Translations under genes and position numbers: made by a program
Origin: a virus
Taxonomy: Duplodnaviria > Caudoviricetes
Length of the DNA: 24,226 nucleotides
IMG/VR virus record: IMGVR_UViG_3300031651_000020
Span: 1-24,226 of that record
Direction: 5' to 3' (one strand)
The notes under the pieces: model-generated
What the model was told of the DNA's origin: nothing
Seen by the model: the letters and a program-made list of their open reading frames with translations, nothing else
The model's database searches: none
In this document: piece by piece, positions 16,904-24,226 of the stretch
Position numbering within the stretch: position 1 is the stretch's first letter
Layout of the letters: every line of letters starts with the position of its first letter

Positions 16904-18353
16904 GCCTGGTAAGGTATTTCTTACAAATTGTAAGTTATTGCCGGTCAAGGTGAGAGAAGCAGTCAAAAAAGCGACGCTGATGACTGCCTATCAGATTCAT
17001 AACGACGCCAAAATTTTGTGTGTTCATCCACGAACGAAAGTTTTGACTAATGATGGCTGGAAGCCAATTAAAGACATATCTACAGGTGAATTAATTGTTA
17101 CAGAATCAGGAAAAATGAAGCCAGTAGAACAAATCGTAAAAAGTAAGCCTAAAGAAATTATCAGGCTTTATATAAACGCCATAAATAATGGTTTAACGCA
17201 AATAAAAGGCACATTTTCGTCTATTTCAGCAAGCCCAGAACATATAATAAAAACAAGTCTGGGTTGGAAAAAATTCGGTGATATTATTGAGGGCGAAAAA
17301 ATATATTTTCTTGCTTCAAAATGTAAAGAATGTGGTAAATTAAAGCCTTTTTTTAGTGTTTTTTGTTCTCAATCTTGTGGCGGAAAATGGAAATATAAAC
17401 ACGGAGAAGGAGAAAAGGGCTTGAAAATAGGACACGTTAAAGCAAAAGAATTTGCCCAAAAAAGAGACAGTGAATTAATTATAAAGAAAGGGAAAGAATG
17501 GAGAGAGAATAATCCAGAAAAAGTAAAAAAATATCATGCAAGACAAGGTAGAACGCTTGCTGAATTTTATAAGAAATATCCTGAGAAACATCCGAATGCT
17601 GTTTGTGCGAAAAATCATTTCTTTACAAAACTAGAGAGGAAGATCAAAAAATTATTACAAGAATTAAATATTGATTATATCCATCAATTTAAAGTTTGCA
17701 AATATTGGGCAGATTTTTCTTTGCCAAACATGAAGATTTTATTGGAATGCGATGGCGAGCACTGGCATCGAGATAAAAATAAAGAGGATAAAAGAGATAA
17801 AGAAATAAAAAAATTAAAACCAGATTATCGATTAATCCATTTAAGTGAGGAAGAGATTAATAATATAACGATGACTGGTTTATCTCAATACTTATCATGT
17901 GGTTTAGGCGATATTAGACTTATTGAGTTGAAGGTCAAGAAGATTAAAAGAATAAAAACCCCAAAATATTGTCCTCATTTTATCGATTTAGTAATTAATG
18001 GAGGTAAGGGAACGTTTATCGCGAATGGATTTTTAGTCCATAATTGTCCGGTCGATACGGGCAGGCTGAGAGCATCGATTTCCGTAAACTGGACAGGCAG
18101 TGGTATGTCGTATGGCAAGGTTACAGGGAAAACATCGGCAAAGGCCGGAAGGAAACCAAGCTCTGGCTCAGATGGAGTCGGGCAGCCCCCGAAGGAAATG
18201 GGTGGTTTTTACGCTTCTGTGGGTACTAATGTGGAGTATGCAGAGGATGTCGAGAATTATACATCTCCTTATCTGTGGCCCGCATTTGCTATGAACAGAG
18301 AGAAATACAAGGCGGCTTTGGTGATCGCGTTGGGAGCGGCTATAAAATTATGA
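16878..18353 (+). CDS. HK97 gp10-like neck/tail-completion protein, intein-containing precursor
   Basis: Removing the intein joins DAKIL to CPVDTGRLRASI and VGTNVEYA..VE...PYLWPA (~149 aa); ATG 16878 preferred as start. Confidence 0.85.
   Translation: MIRPKIVVKPGKVFLTNCKLLPVKVREAVKKATLMTAYQIHNDAKILCVHPRTKVLTNDGWKPIKDISTGELIVTESGKMKPVEQIVKSKPKEIIRLYINAINNGLTQIKGTFSSISASPEHIIKTSLGWKKFGDIIEGEKIYFLASKCKECGKLKPFFSVFCSQSCGGKWKYKHGEGEKGLKIGHVKAKEFAQKRDSELIIKKGKEWRENNPEKVKKYHARQGRTLAEFYKKYPEKHPNAVCAKNHFFTKLERKIKKLLQELNIDYIHQFKVCKYWADFSLPNMKILLECDGEHWHRDKNKEDKRDKEIKKLKPDYRLIHLSEEEINNITMTGLSQYLSCGLGDIRLIELKVKKIKRIKTPKYCPHFIDLVINGGKGTFIANGFLVHNCPVDTGRLRASISVNWTGSGMSYGKVTGKTSAKAGRKPSSGSDGVGQPPKEMGGFYASVGTNVEYAEDVENYTSPYLWPAFAMNREKYKAALVIALGAAIKL
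17019..18044 (+). mobile_element. Intein (342 aa) with zinc finger and Vsr/DUF559-like endonuclease
   Basis: Starts CVHPRTKVLTNDGWKPIKDI, block B SPEH, ends FIANGFLVHN followed by Cys+1; internal YWADF...LLECDGEHWH; more AT-rich than flanks. Confidence 0.92.
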
Positions 18354-18754
18354 GCGACAACACAAGCTATCCAATTGAAGCCTTGCAGACAACTTTGCAT
18401 ACGCTTCTAATCGGTATTACAGGAGGATTATACGATGAGGTCCCGGAAGGCGCAGGCCTACCGTATTCGACTTTTGGCGACATGGTTGATGAGCCTATGG
18501 AAGCCCGGGGAGTTAAGGGCAGGATGGTTGTTGTGCCGATTCATGTCTACAGCAAGGATTCAGGTGGCAGGTTTCAGGCTGCCGGTATAATGAAAGAGAT
18601 AGTGGAACTGGTGACAGCAGATGCCTTAACGATAGTTGGTTGGCAGGATTGTGGAAAAGTATATAAGGCCGGAAAGATAGAGAGGATGAAAAAGGATAGC
18701 GGATACAGCTATCACGGGATATTGACTTTTTTAATAACGGTGTGCAAAAAATGA
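18350..18754 (+). CDS. Tail terminator/completion protein (DUF3168-like)
   Basis: ALQ..L...L, LYDEVPEGA.LPY..FG, IHVYS, YHGIL.F; ATGA overlap at 18350. Confidence 0.8.
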   Translation: MSDNTSYPIEALQTTLHTLLIGITGGLYDEVPEGAGLPYSTFGDMVDEPMEARGVKGRMVVVPIHVYSKDSGGRFQAAGIMKEIVELVTADALTIVGWQDCGKVYKAGKIERMKKDSGYSYHGILTFLITVCKK

Positions 18755-19701
18755 GACTAGATGACGTGGCGGTAGTGGTCACTACTTTTATGAGGGAGAA
18801 CGACTGCATGAAATGTTTATCTAGCATAAGGAAATTCTACCCAGATATAAAGGTGCTTGTGGCAGATAATGGAAGGCATAAGGACGAGCGGTTTATTAAT
18901 TTTCTGGACAGGATGAATATTGACTATGTAATTCTTCCTTTTGATAGCGGGGTAAGCAAGACCAGAAACGTTGCATTGGACAACTTAAAGGATTTCCCCT
19001 ATATTCTATTATTAGAGGACGACATGGAACTCACTGAGGAATCGGAAATCGAGAAATTCAAGGCTGTTCTTGAGGCGGAGCCAGGACTCGGGATGATAGC
19101 TGGGGCGATTGATCTAGATAGCGGAGCCAGGGCACTTTGGGCACAGCAATTGGAAATCAATAGGAAAGACAAAATGCTTTTCTCGTATCCGATAGTGAAT
19201 CCAGAATGGATTGTATCGAATGGCGTGAGATGGCATTATGCAGATCAGGCCAGTAATTTTGTCTTGTTGAGAAACAATCAAGACATAAGATGGGACAGCG
19301 ATTTGAAGTCCGGAGGAGAGCATATAGATTTTGCAATTCACATAAAGCTTGATACAGCTTGGAGATGCAGCGTAACTGATGAGGTTATTTGCCTTCATCA
19401 TGCCGGAGAAAAAACACCTGGCTATCTGAGACGCAGGCACAGAGGCGACACGTGGCCAAAGATAAGGAAAAAGAGAGGGTTGTTATTCTGGGTTGAAAAC
19501 AGCAGAAAAGCAATCTGGGATTACAAAAATGCGAGAGGAATATTTTATCCTGAATATATGTATAATCTGATGAAGACCATAAACGAATCTAACGGTAAAA
19601 AACTTGCAAAGAATAAGGATTTTTTAAGAAAAATAAACAGGGGTGAAACCTTAGAGGTTAATTTAAAGCACCCCGATTTTAAGGAGGCTCAAAATGGCTG
19701 A
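18751..19701 (+). CDS. Glycosyltransferase family 2
   Basis: VVVTTFMR, VLVADNG, FDSGVSKTRN, ILLLEDD, GEHIDF; ATGA overlap. Confidence 0.88.
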   Translation: MRLDDVAVVVTTFMRENDCMKCLSSIRKFYPDIKVLVADNGRHKDERFINFLDRMNIDYVILPFDSGVSKTRNVALDNLKDFPYILLLEDDMELTEESEIEKFKAVLEAEPGLGMIAGAIDLDSGARALWAQQLEINRKDKMLFSYPIVNPEWIVSNGVRWHYADQASNFVLLRNNQDIRWDSDLKSGGEHIDFAIHIKLDTAWRCSVTDEVICLHHAGEKTPGYLRRRHRGDTWPKIRKKRGLLFWVENSRKAIWDYKNARGIFYPEYMYNLMKTINESNGKKLAKNKDFLRKINRGETLEVNLKHPDFKEAQNG

Positions 19702-20146
19702 CCAAATAGCAATCCCTGGTGAATTTTGTACGTTTGTTATTGGCACGCCGCCCCAGGCAATAGCCGCAACAAGAACATTTACAATGAACCTGGACGCGGC
19801 AACGTATGGGAATTTCGTTGCTAGGGGCACGAGTTATTGGCGGACTAATTATGTGGCTGATCTTGGTGGGACTTTTGATATCGATGGGCTGATTGTGGTG
19901 CAGGATGTAGTACCAGCCGGACCGAAGCAATTCGACGACCTGTTTACTCTTTTTGCAAACAGGTCCCTATTTGCAGTAGTTTTCACGTTGAGAGAGAAGG
20001 TTTTTTTGGAATCGTTCGTTTATTCCTGTAACTGCTACATTACTTCATTGACAACCACGGCGCCGGTTTTTGGCGAAACCACTTATTCTGCTTCGTTGAT
20101 CATAACAGGAGAAGTCAAGCAGTGGCTAGGCTCAGTTAGTTCGTAA
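19694..20146 (+). CDS. Major tail tube protein
   Basis: AAGGAGG SD; 150 aa; YITSLTTTAP..GETTYSASL..TG; position before the chaperone and tape measure genes. Confidence 0.75.
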   Translation: MADQIAIPGEFCTFVIGTPPQAIAATRTFTMNLDAATYGNFVARGTSYWRTNYVADLGGTFDIDGLIVVQDVVPAGPKQFDDLFTLFANRSLFAVVFTLREKVFLESFVYSCNCYITSLTTTAPVFGETTYSASLIITGEVKQWLGSVSS

Positions 20147-20183
20147 GCGTAAACGTAAGCATTATAATTTTTAAGGAGGTCTT

Positions 20184-20567
20184 ATGACAGAGACAAAATC
20201 AGAAAACAAACCGTTTACTATGATTGATCTTGACAGGCCCAGAAAGTTCAGACTAACACTGAATGCATTGGTGGAGCTGGAAGAGAGGGTAGGGCTGGAA
20301 ATTACTGACCCTGGCACTCTTTTGGCGAAAATGAAAAGCTTCAATGTTATACGGCTTGTTTTGTATCTAGGTCTATTAGATGACGACCCGAAATTGACAG
20401 AGGAAAAGGTTGGAAGCCTCATTGAGTGGGATAGCCTGTCTGATATTTTAGACAAGATATTGCCGTATCTGGGTATGAGCAAAAAACCAAAAAACGTGGA
20501 GAGGGTGACGCCCCGGAAAAGGAAGAACCCTGGGACTGGGAAGTTGCCCTCGAAACGTCATTCTTGA
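20184..20567 (+). CDS. Tail assembly chaperone (lambda gpG-like)
   Basis: IDLDRPRKFRLTLNALVELEE..G, LY.GL..DDP.LT.EKVG.L; AAGGAGG SD; position. Confidence 0.82.
   Translation: MTETKSENKPFTMIDLDRPRKFRLTLNALVELEERVGLEITDPGTLLAKMKSFNVIRLVLYLGLLDDDPKLTEEKVGSLIEWDSLSDILDKILPYLGMSKKPKNVERVTPRKRKNPGTGKLPSKRHS
20489..20495 (+). other. Programmed -1 frameshift slippery site A AAA AAC
   Basis: X XXY YYZ heptamer in the gpG frame; the -1 frame is open from here to 20935. Confidence 0.75.
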
Positions 20568-20935
20568 TAGGGTTAAAGCCGGAGGAGTTTTATAAACTAA
20601 CAATTCAGGAATTCACGACAGCAGTAAATGCTCATGGCAAAAAGAGACAGGAAGAATGGTTGAGGACGGCATGGTTGGCGTCATGGATTATAAATGTACA
20701 ATTGCCGAGAGGGAAAAACGTAACCCCTCAAAAGCTGTTGGGGGCAGAATTCTTCGGTGAGCCCGAAAAGAGCCCATATAAGAGCAGGGAAGTATGGGAA
20801 AAGGCTAAAACGAAGATAATTAAAATGGCCAGGTGGCATAGCAAGATTATGAGGCACATGGAAGCCGAGAGCAGGAAGGGCAAAAAGACCTCAAGGACAG
20901 TAAGCATCGGAGACTTTATGAAGAGAACTCGTTAG
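20495..20935 (+). CDS. Tail chaperone frameshift extension (gpT part of gpGT)
   Basis: -1 frame reads RGEGDAPEKEEPWDWEVALETSFLIGLKPEEFYKLTIQEF...; no good SD of its own. Confidence 0.78.
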   Translation, partial: RGEGDAPEKEEPWDWEVALETSFLIGLKPEEFYKLTIQEFTTAVNAHGKKRQEEWLRTAWLASWIINVQLPRGKNVTPQKLLGAEFFGEPEKSPYKSREVWEKAKTKIIKMARWHSKIMRHMEAESRKGKKTSRTVSIGDFMKRTR

Positions 20936-20949
20936 CATGAGATATTAAA

Positions 20950-23900
20950 ATGGCGACTTCAATAGGGAAACTTTACGCGCTTGTTGGTGCGAATACAACG
21001 GAATTCGACGCCAAGATGGCAGCGTTGGGGAAGAGGGCTGCAGTTTTGGGCAAAAGCCTGACAATGTTTTTGACCCTTCCGATTCTTGCGATAGGAGCGG
21101 CATCAGTAAAGTTCTCAGCGGATTTCGAGCAGTCAATGAAAAACGCCCAGTCCGTATCCGGGGCTACAGCCGACGAGCTGAAGATGATGGAAGGGGTTGC
21201 CCGGGAAATGGGCAAGACCACCGTCTTTTCCGCAAAAGAGGCGGCTGACGCTTTCTACTATATGGCTTCAGCAGGCTGGAAAGCGAACCAAATGGCCGTG
21301 GCTATCAAGCCGACACTTGACCTTGCGGCAGCCACCCAATCGGATCTGGCTTTTACTACAAACACGGTAGTAGCCTCTCTAAATCAATTCGGACTGGCGT
21401 CCTCAGAGGCGGGAAGAGTTACAAATGTATTCGCTGCGGCGATCGGAAATTCACAAGCGACTCTTGAAAAGCTAAAAATCTCTATGACTTATATAGGCCC
21501 GCTGGCAAATGCCGTTGGCTATTCAATAGAACAGACGACTGGAACGCTTATGAGTTTGTATGATGCAGGGTATGAGGCATCATCAGCCGGAACAGCATTG
21601 AGAATGGCACTAGCGAAATTGATGCAGGGTACAGGAAAAACGAGGGAAGGGCTAGAAAGTCTTGGGCTTTCTATGGCTGACGTTAATCCTGCAACAAACA
21701 GCCTTGTAGAGATAATAAGGAAACTCGAAGATGCCGGAGCAGACGCAACTGCCATAATAAACATATTTGGAGTGAGAGCTGGTCCTGCGATGGCGGCGGC
21801 AATAGCGCAAGGTGCAGACAAGATAGAAGACTACACGAAAACAATAACAGGCACAGAATCGGCGTCAGAAATGGCAGCGATACAGCTGGATACACTCAAA
21901 GGCCAAGCCAAACTTTTGACCTCTGCTATGGGTGAGGTGGCGTTGCAGATCGGGAAGGTGGTAGTCCCGGTCATAAGGAACTTCATAAAGAATCAATTAC
22001 AGCCGGCCGTTCTGTGGTTCTCTAATTTGTCAGAAGAGGCAAGGAAAAACGTAATAAAATGGGCTCTTATCGTGGCGGCGATAGGTCCGGCAATTATGAT
22101 ATTCGGAAAGGCTGCAATAGCGATAGGGGCTCTTAATAAGGGATTTAAAGCATTGAGAGTGGCGATGGGTACAAAATTGCTAGGCCCGATTGGATTAATA
22201 ACTGTCGCTATAATAACTCTCACAAAGACGATTTATGATAGCCAAAAAGGTTTCCGAGATTTTTATAACACACTAGAAGAATTTGATGAGGTATCAAAAG
22301 AAAATGTATCGACACTTGAAAAAGTAACCGCTGGGGCTAAAGGGATGTTGCTCAAAATGGGGGCGACCTATAAATTATTGTTGAAGGTCTCTGGAGCCAC
22401 TAAAAAATGGACTGAAGAACAACATAACTTAAAAGAAAAAACGGCAGAATTAACGGAAAAGCAGAGAGAACACGGCAAAGAGGTATGGGAAGCGATAAAA
22501 GGGACTGACTTATACAATAAAACATTAGGGAAACAGGCAAAGAAAGCAGAGGAAGCGAAAAGTAAACTCGAAAAAATGAATGAAGCCGTAAAAAAGGCGT
22601 TGCAGGCTCAGGAGAAGGCAAAAGAGGCGGCAAAAGCCTTCAATGACACGCTTAAATCGATTGCTTTGGAGACAATACCGCAGAAAATAGCGAAGATGAA
22701 GGAGCTGGAAGGGAAGCTTGCTATAGTTGATGGGCTTTGGGCTAAAAACAAGATAACGATGGGCGATTGGATAAGGGTATCCAGCGAACTGAGACAGCAA
22801 ATAAGCGACCTGAGTGTTGGAATAACAACTAGTGCAATACCGGCGGCAAGAGATATGGCCGGGGTATTTGAACAGGCTGTAACTAAAATGAAAGGTATAA
22901 CCTTCCTCCCAACAAAAGAAATAGGAACAGATTGGAAAGCGTTAAATAAAGAGATAGAGGCAGATACGATTCGGAGTATTGCAAATATCATCAAAACAGG
23001 TGGGAATCTGTGGGAAGGTATGAAAGGGATTTTTGATAATATTGTTGGTTATTGGATTGATAAAGTTGTTAATGAAATAGTAAAGGGTGGAGACGATATA
23101 TGGGGGACATTGAAGAAAGGATTTTCTGGGCTGTCAGGAAGCATTTCAGGAGTATTTTCAAATGTCGGTGGAGCGGTAAAAGGTTTGGGAGGGCTAATCG
23201 GAGGAGCTGCAGGGAAAGCGGGAAATTTTGTAGGTGATTTAATAGGGAAATTTGGGAAGTTGGCAGGACCAATCGGCGCAGCCATTTCAATTGGCATGAA
23301 ACTCCCAATTATAGGTGATGTGATAAAAGGTATTACTGGAAAGGTTGCTGGGCTGCTGAGTAAAATACCGCTTATCGGTGGGCTATTTAAGAAGTCTGAG
23401 ACTGAAGCTGAAAAGGCTGCCCGTGAGATGAAGGAAATGGTAGATGGGCTTATCTCTTCAGTCTCGAAATGGGGAGATATTACTGAAGAAACCGCTAAAG
23501 CAATCGCTGAAGATATAAAAGGAGGAATGGAAGGGGCCGCGGCTGTTTCTAAGAATTATGCAGATGTGCTGAAAGATGTAGGGGTTACGCAGAAAAGCAT
23601 CAGCGATCAGTGGGACAGGGCTACTGGCATACTTGCTAATTACGCAGATGGGATACTAGATGCAGAAGACGCCTCACAAGCTGCTAGCGAAAGCTTCTCT
23701 ATACTGCTCGATTCAGCTAAAAAGTTTGGGACTGAAGGCTCTGAATCGATGGTTAGTTTTATTAAGCAAGTTAAGGCTTCTGGGTTGGAAATAGCAGAAG
23801 TAACAGGTTATATAAATGACCAACTTGGAGTCGTGAAAAGCGGCTCAATAAATGCTGCTCAGGGACTTGAGGCTATGGCAGGAGCTGTCGGAACAAATGT

Positions 23901-24226
23901 AGAGTCTCTCGGGCGGCTCGAGACCCAGACCCTAGCTGTTTTTAATGCCATGATTGCAAATGGCGCATCGTACAGTGAGGCCATGAATTCTTTAGGGGGA
24001 ACATTAGATGCAATAATTAAAAAGCATGAAGAATTGGGAACAGAAGCATCAGCTGGCATACAAGAACTCTTGAAGATTAGAGGAGTAACAGAAGCCAATA
24101 AAGAATTATTTTCTGCTATGGAAGGCAATTTGGCAGTCTTGAATGCTTTGGGGAACACAGGAAGTTTGACTCAAGAGCTATTCAATAATGCCGCGGTATC
24201 TGCTACAGATTATTATAACCAAATGA
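20950..24226 (+). CDS. Tail tape measure protein (TP901 family); 3' end beyond the window
   Basis: Absent from the ORF track because no stop is reached; MATSIGKLYALVGANT...ADFEQSM...SGATADEL...TVFSAKEAADA..YMASAGW...AGTALR; Ala/Gly-rich helical. Confidence 0.93.
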   Translation, partial: MATSIGKLYALVGANTTEFDAKMAALGKRAAVLGKSLTMFLTLPILAIGAASVKFSADFEQSMKNAQSVSGATADELKMMEGVAREMGKTTVFSAKEAADAFYYMASAGWKANQMAVAIKPTLDLAAATQSDLAFTTNTVVASLNQFGLASSEAGRVTNVFAAAIGNSQATLEKLKISMTYIGPLANAVGYSIEQTTGTLMSLYDAGYEASSAGTALRMALAKLMQGTGKTREGLESLGLSMADVNPATNSLVEIIRKLEDAGADATAIINIFGVRAGPAMAAAIAQGADKIEDYTKTITGTESASEMAAIQLDTLKGQAKLLTSAMGEVALQIGKVVVPVIRNFIKNQLQPAVLWFSNLSEEARKNVIKWALIVAAIGPAIMIFGKAAIAIGALNKGFKALRVAMGTKLLGPIGLITVAIITLTKTIYDSQKGFRDFYNTLEEFDEVSKENVSTLEKVTAGAKGMLLKMGATYKLLLKVSGATKKWTEEQHNLKEKTAELTEKQREHGKEVWEAIKGTDLYNKTLGKQAKKAEEAKSKLEKMNEAVKKALQAQEKAKEAAKAFNDTLKSIALETIPQKIAKMKELEGKLAIVDGLWAKNKITMGDWIRVSSELRQQISDLSVGITTSAIPAARDMAGVFEQAVTKMKGITFLPTKEIGTDWKALNKEIEADTIRSIANIIKTGGNLWEGMKGIFDNIVGYWIDKVVNEIVKGGDDIWGTLKKGFSGLSGSISGVFSNVGGAVKGLGGLIGGAAGKAGNFVGDLIGKFGKLAGPIGAAISIGMKLPIIGDVIKGITGKVAGLLSKIPLIGGLFKKSETEAEKAAREMKEMVDGLISSVSKWGDITEETAKAIAEDIKGGMEGAAAVSKNYADVLKDVGVTQKSISDQWDRATGILANYADGILDAEDASQAASESFSILLDSAKKFGTEGSESMVSFIKQVKASGLEIAEVTGYINDQLGVVKSGSINAAQGLEAMAGAVGTNVESLGRLETQTLAVFNAMIANGASYSEAMNSLGGTLDAIIKKHEELGTEASAGIQELLKIRGVTEANKELFSAMEGNLAVLNALGNTGSLTQELFNNAAVSATDYYNQM

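Noticed and set aside
20142-20168. CGTAAG-CGTAAA-CGTAAG hexamer run followed by TATAAT
   Set aside because: Only three short units and no convincing -35 box; too weak to call an operator or promoter.
20945-24158. Many minus-strand ORFs over the tape measure gene
   Set aside because: Short shadow frames of a long Ala/Gly-rich + gene; no motifs or expression signals noticed.
1-24226. CRISPR array, tRNA/rRNA, integrase or IS element
   Set aside because: No repeat-spacer periodicity, cloverleaf, recombinase or transposase motifs seen; whether this is a prophage or a free phage cannot be decided from this window.

Overview
The window is the packaging/head/neck/tail morphogenesis operon of an HK97-type siphovirus-like phage or prophage; the host cannot be determined from sequence alone. 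Almost all genes are on the + strand, in this order: 3' end of a DNA methyltransferase, terS, terL, portal, SPP1 gp7/Mu F-like minor head protein, modular prohead protease plus a separated C-terminal-like ORF, major capsid protein, probable decoration proteins, two glycosyltransferases and an FkbM methyltransferase, an enlarged head-tail connector, head closure protein, an intein-containing HK97 gp10-like protein, tail terminator, a third glycosyltransferase, tail tube, a tail chaperone pair with a -1 frameshift, and a tape measure gene running off the window. Four observations stand out. (1) Two dissimilar HNH endonuclease genes lie antisense in the operon with the same design: a near-consensus sigma70 promoter with a leaderless ATG, and a codon-aligned, stop-free + strand ORF linking the upstream gene to the downstream gene. 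(2) A structured RNA with repeated AGUA/GAA loop-E motifs sits directly before the capsid gene. (3) There is a candidate virion glycosylation/methylation system. (4) An intein with a Vsr/DUF559-like nuclease interrupts a neck/tail-completion protein. All family assignments come from motif recognition by eye; no database searches were run.
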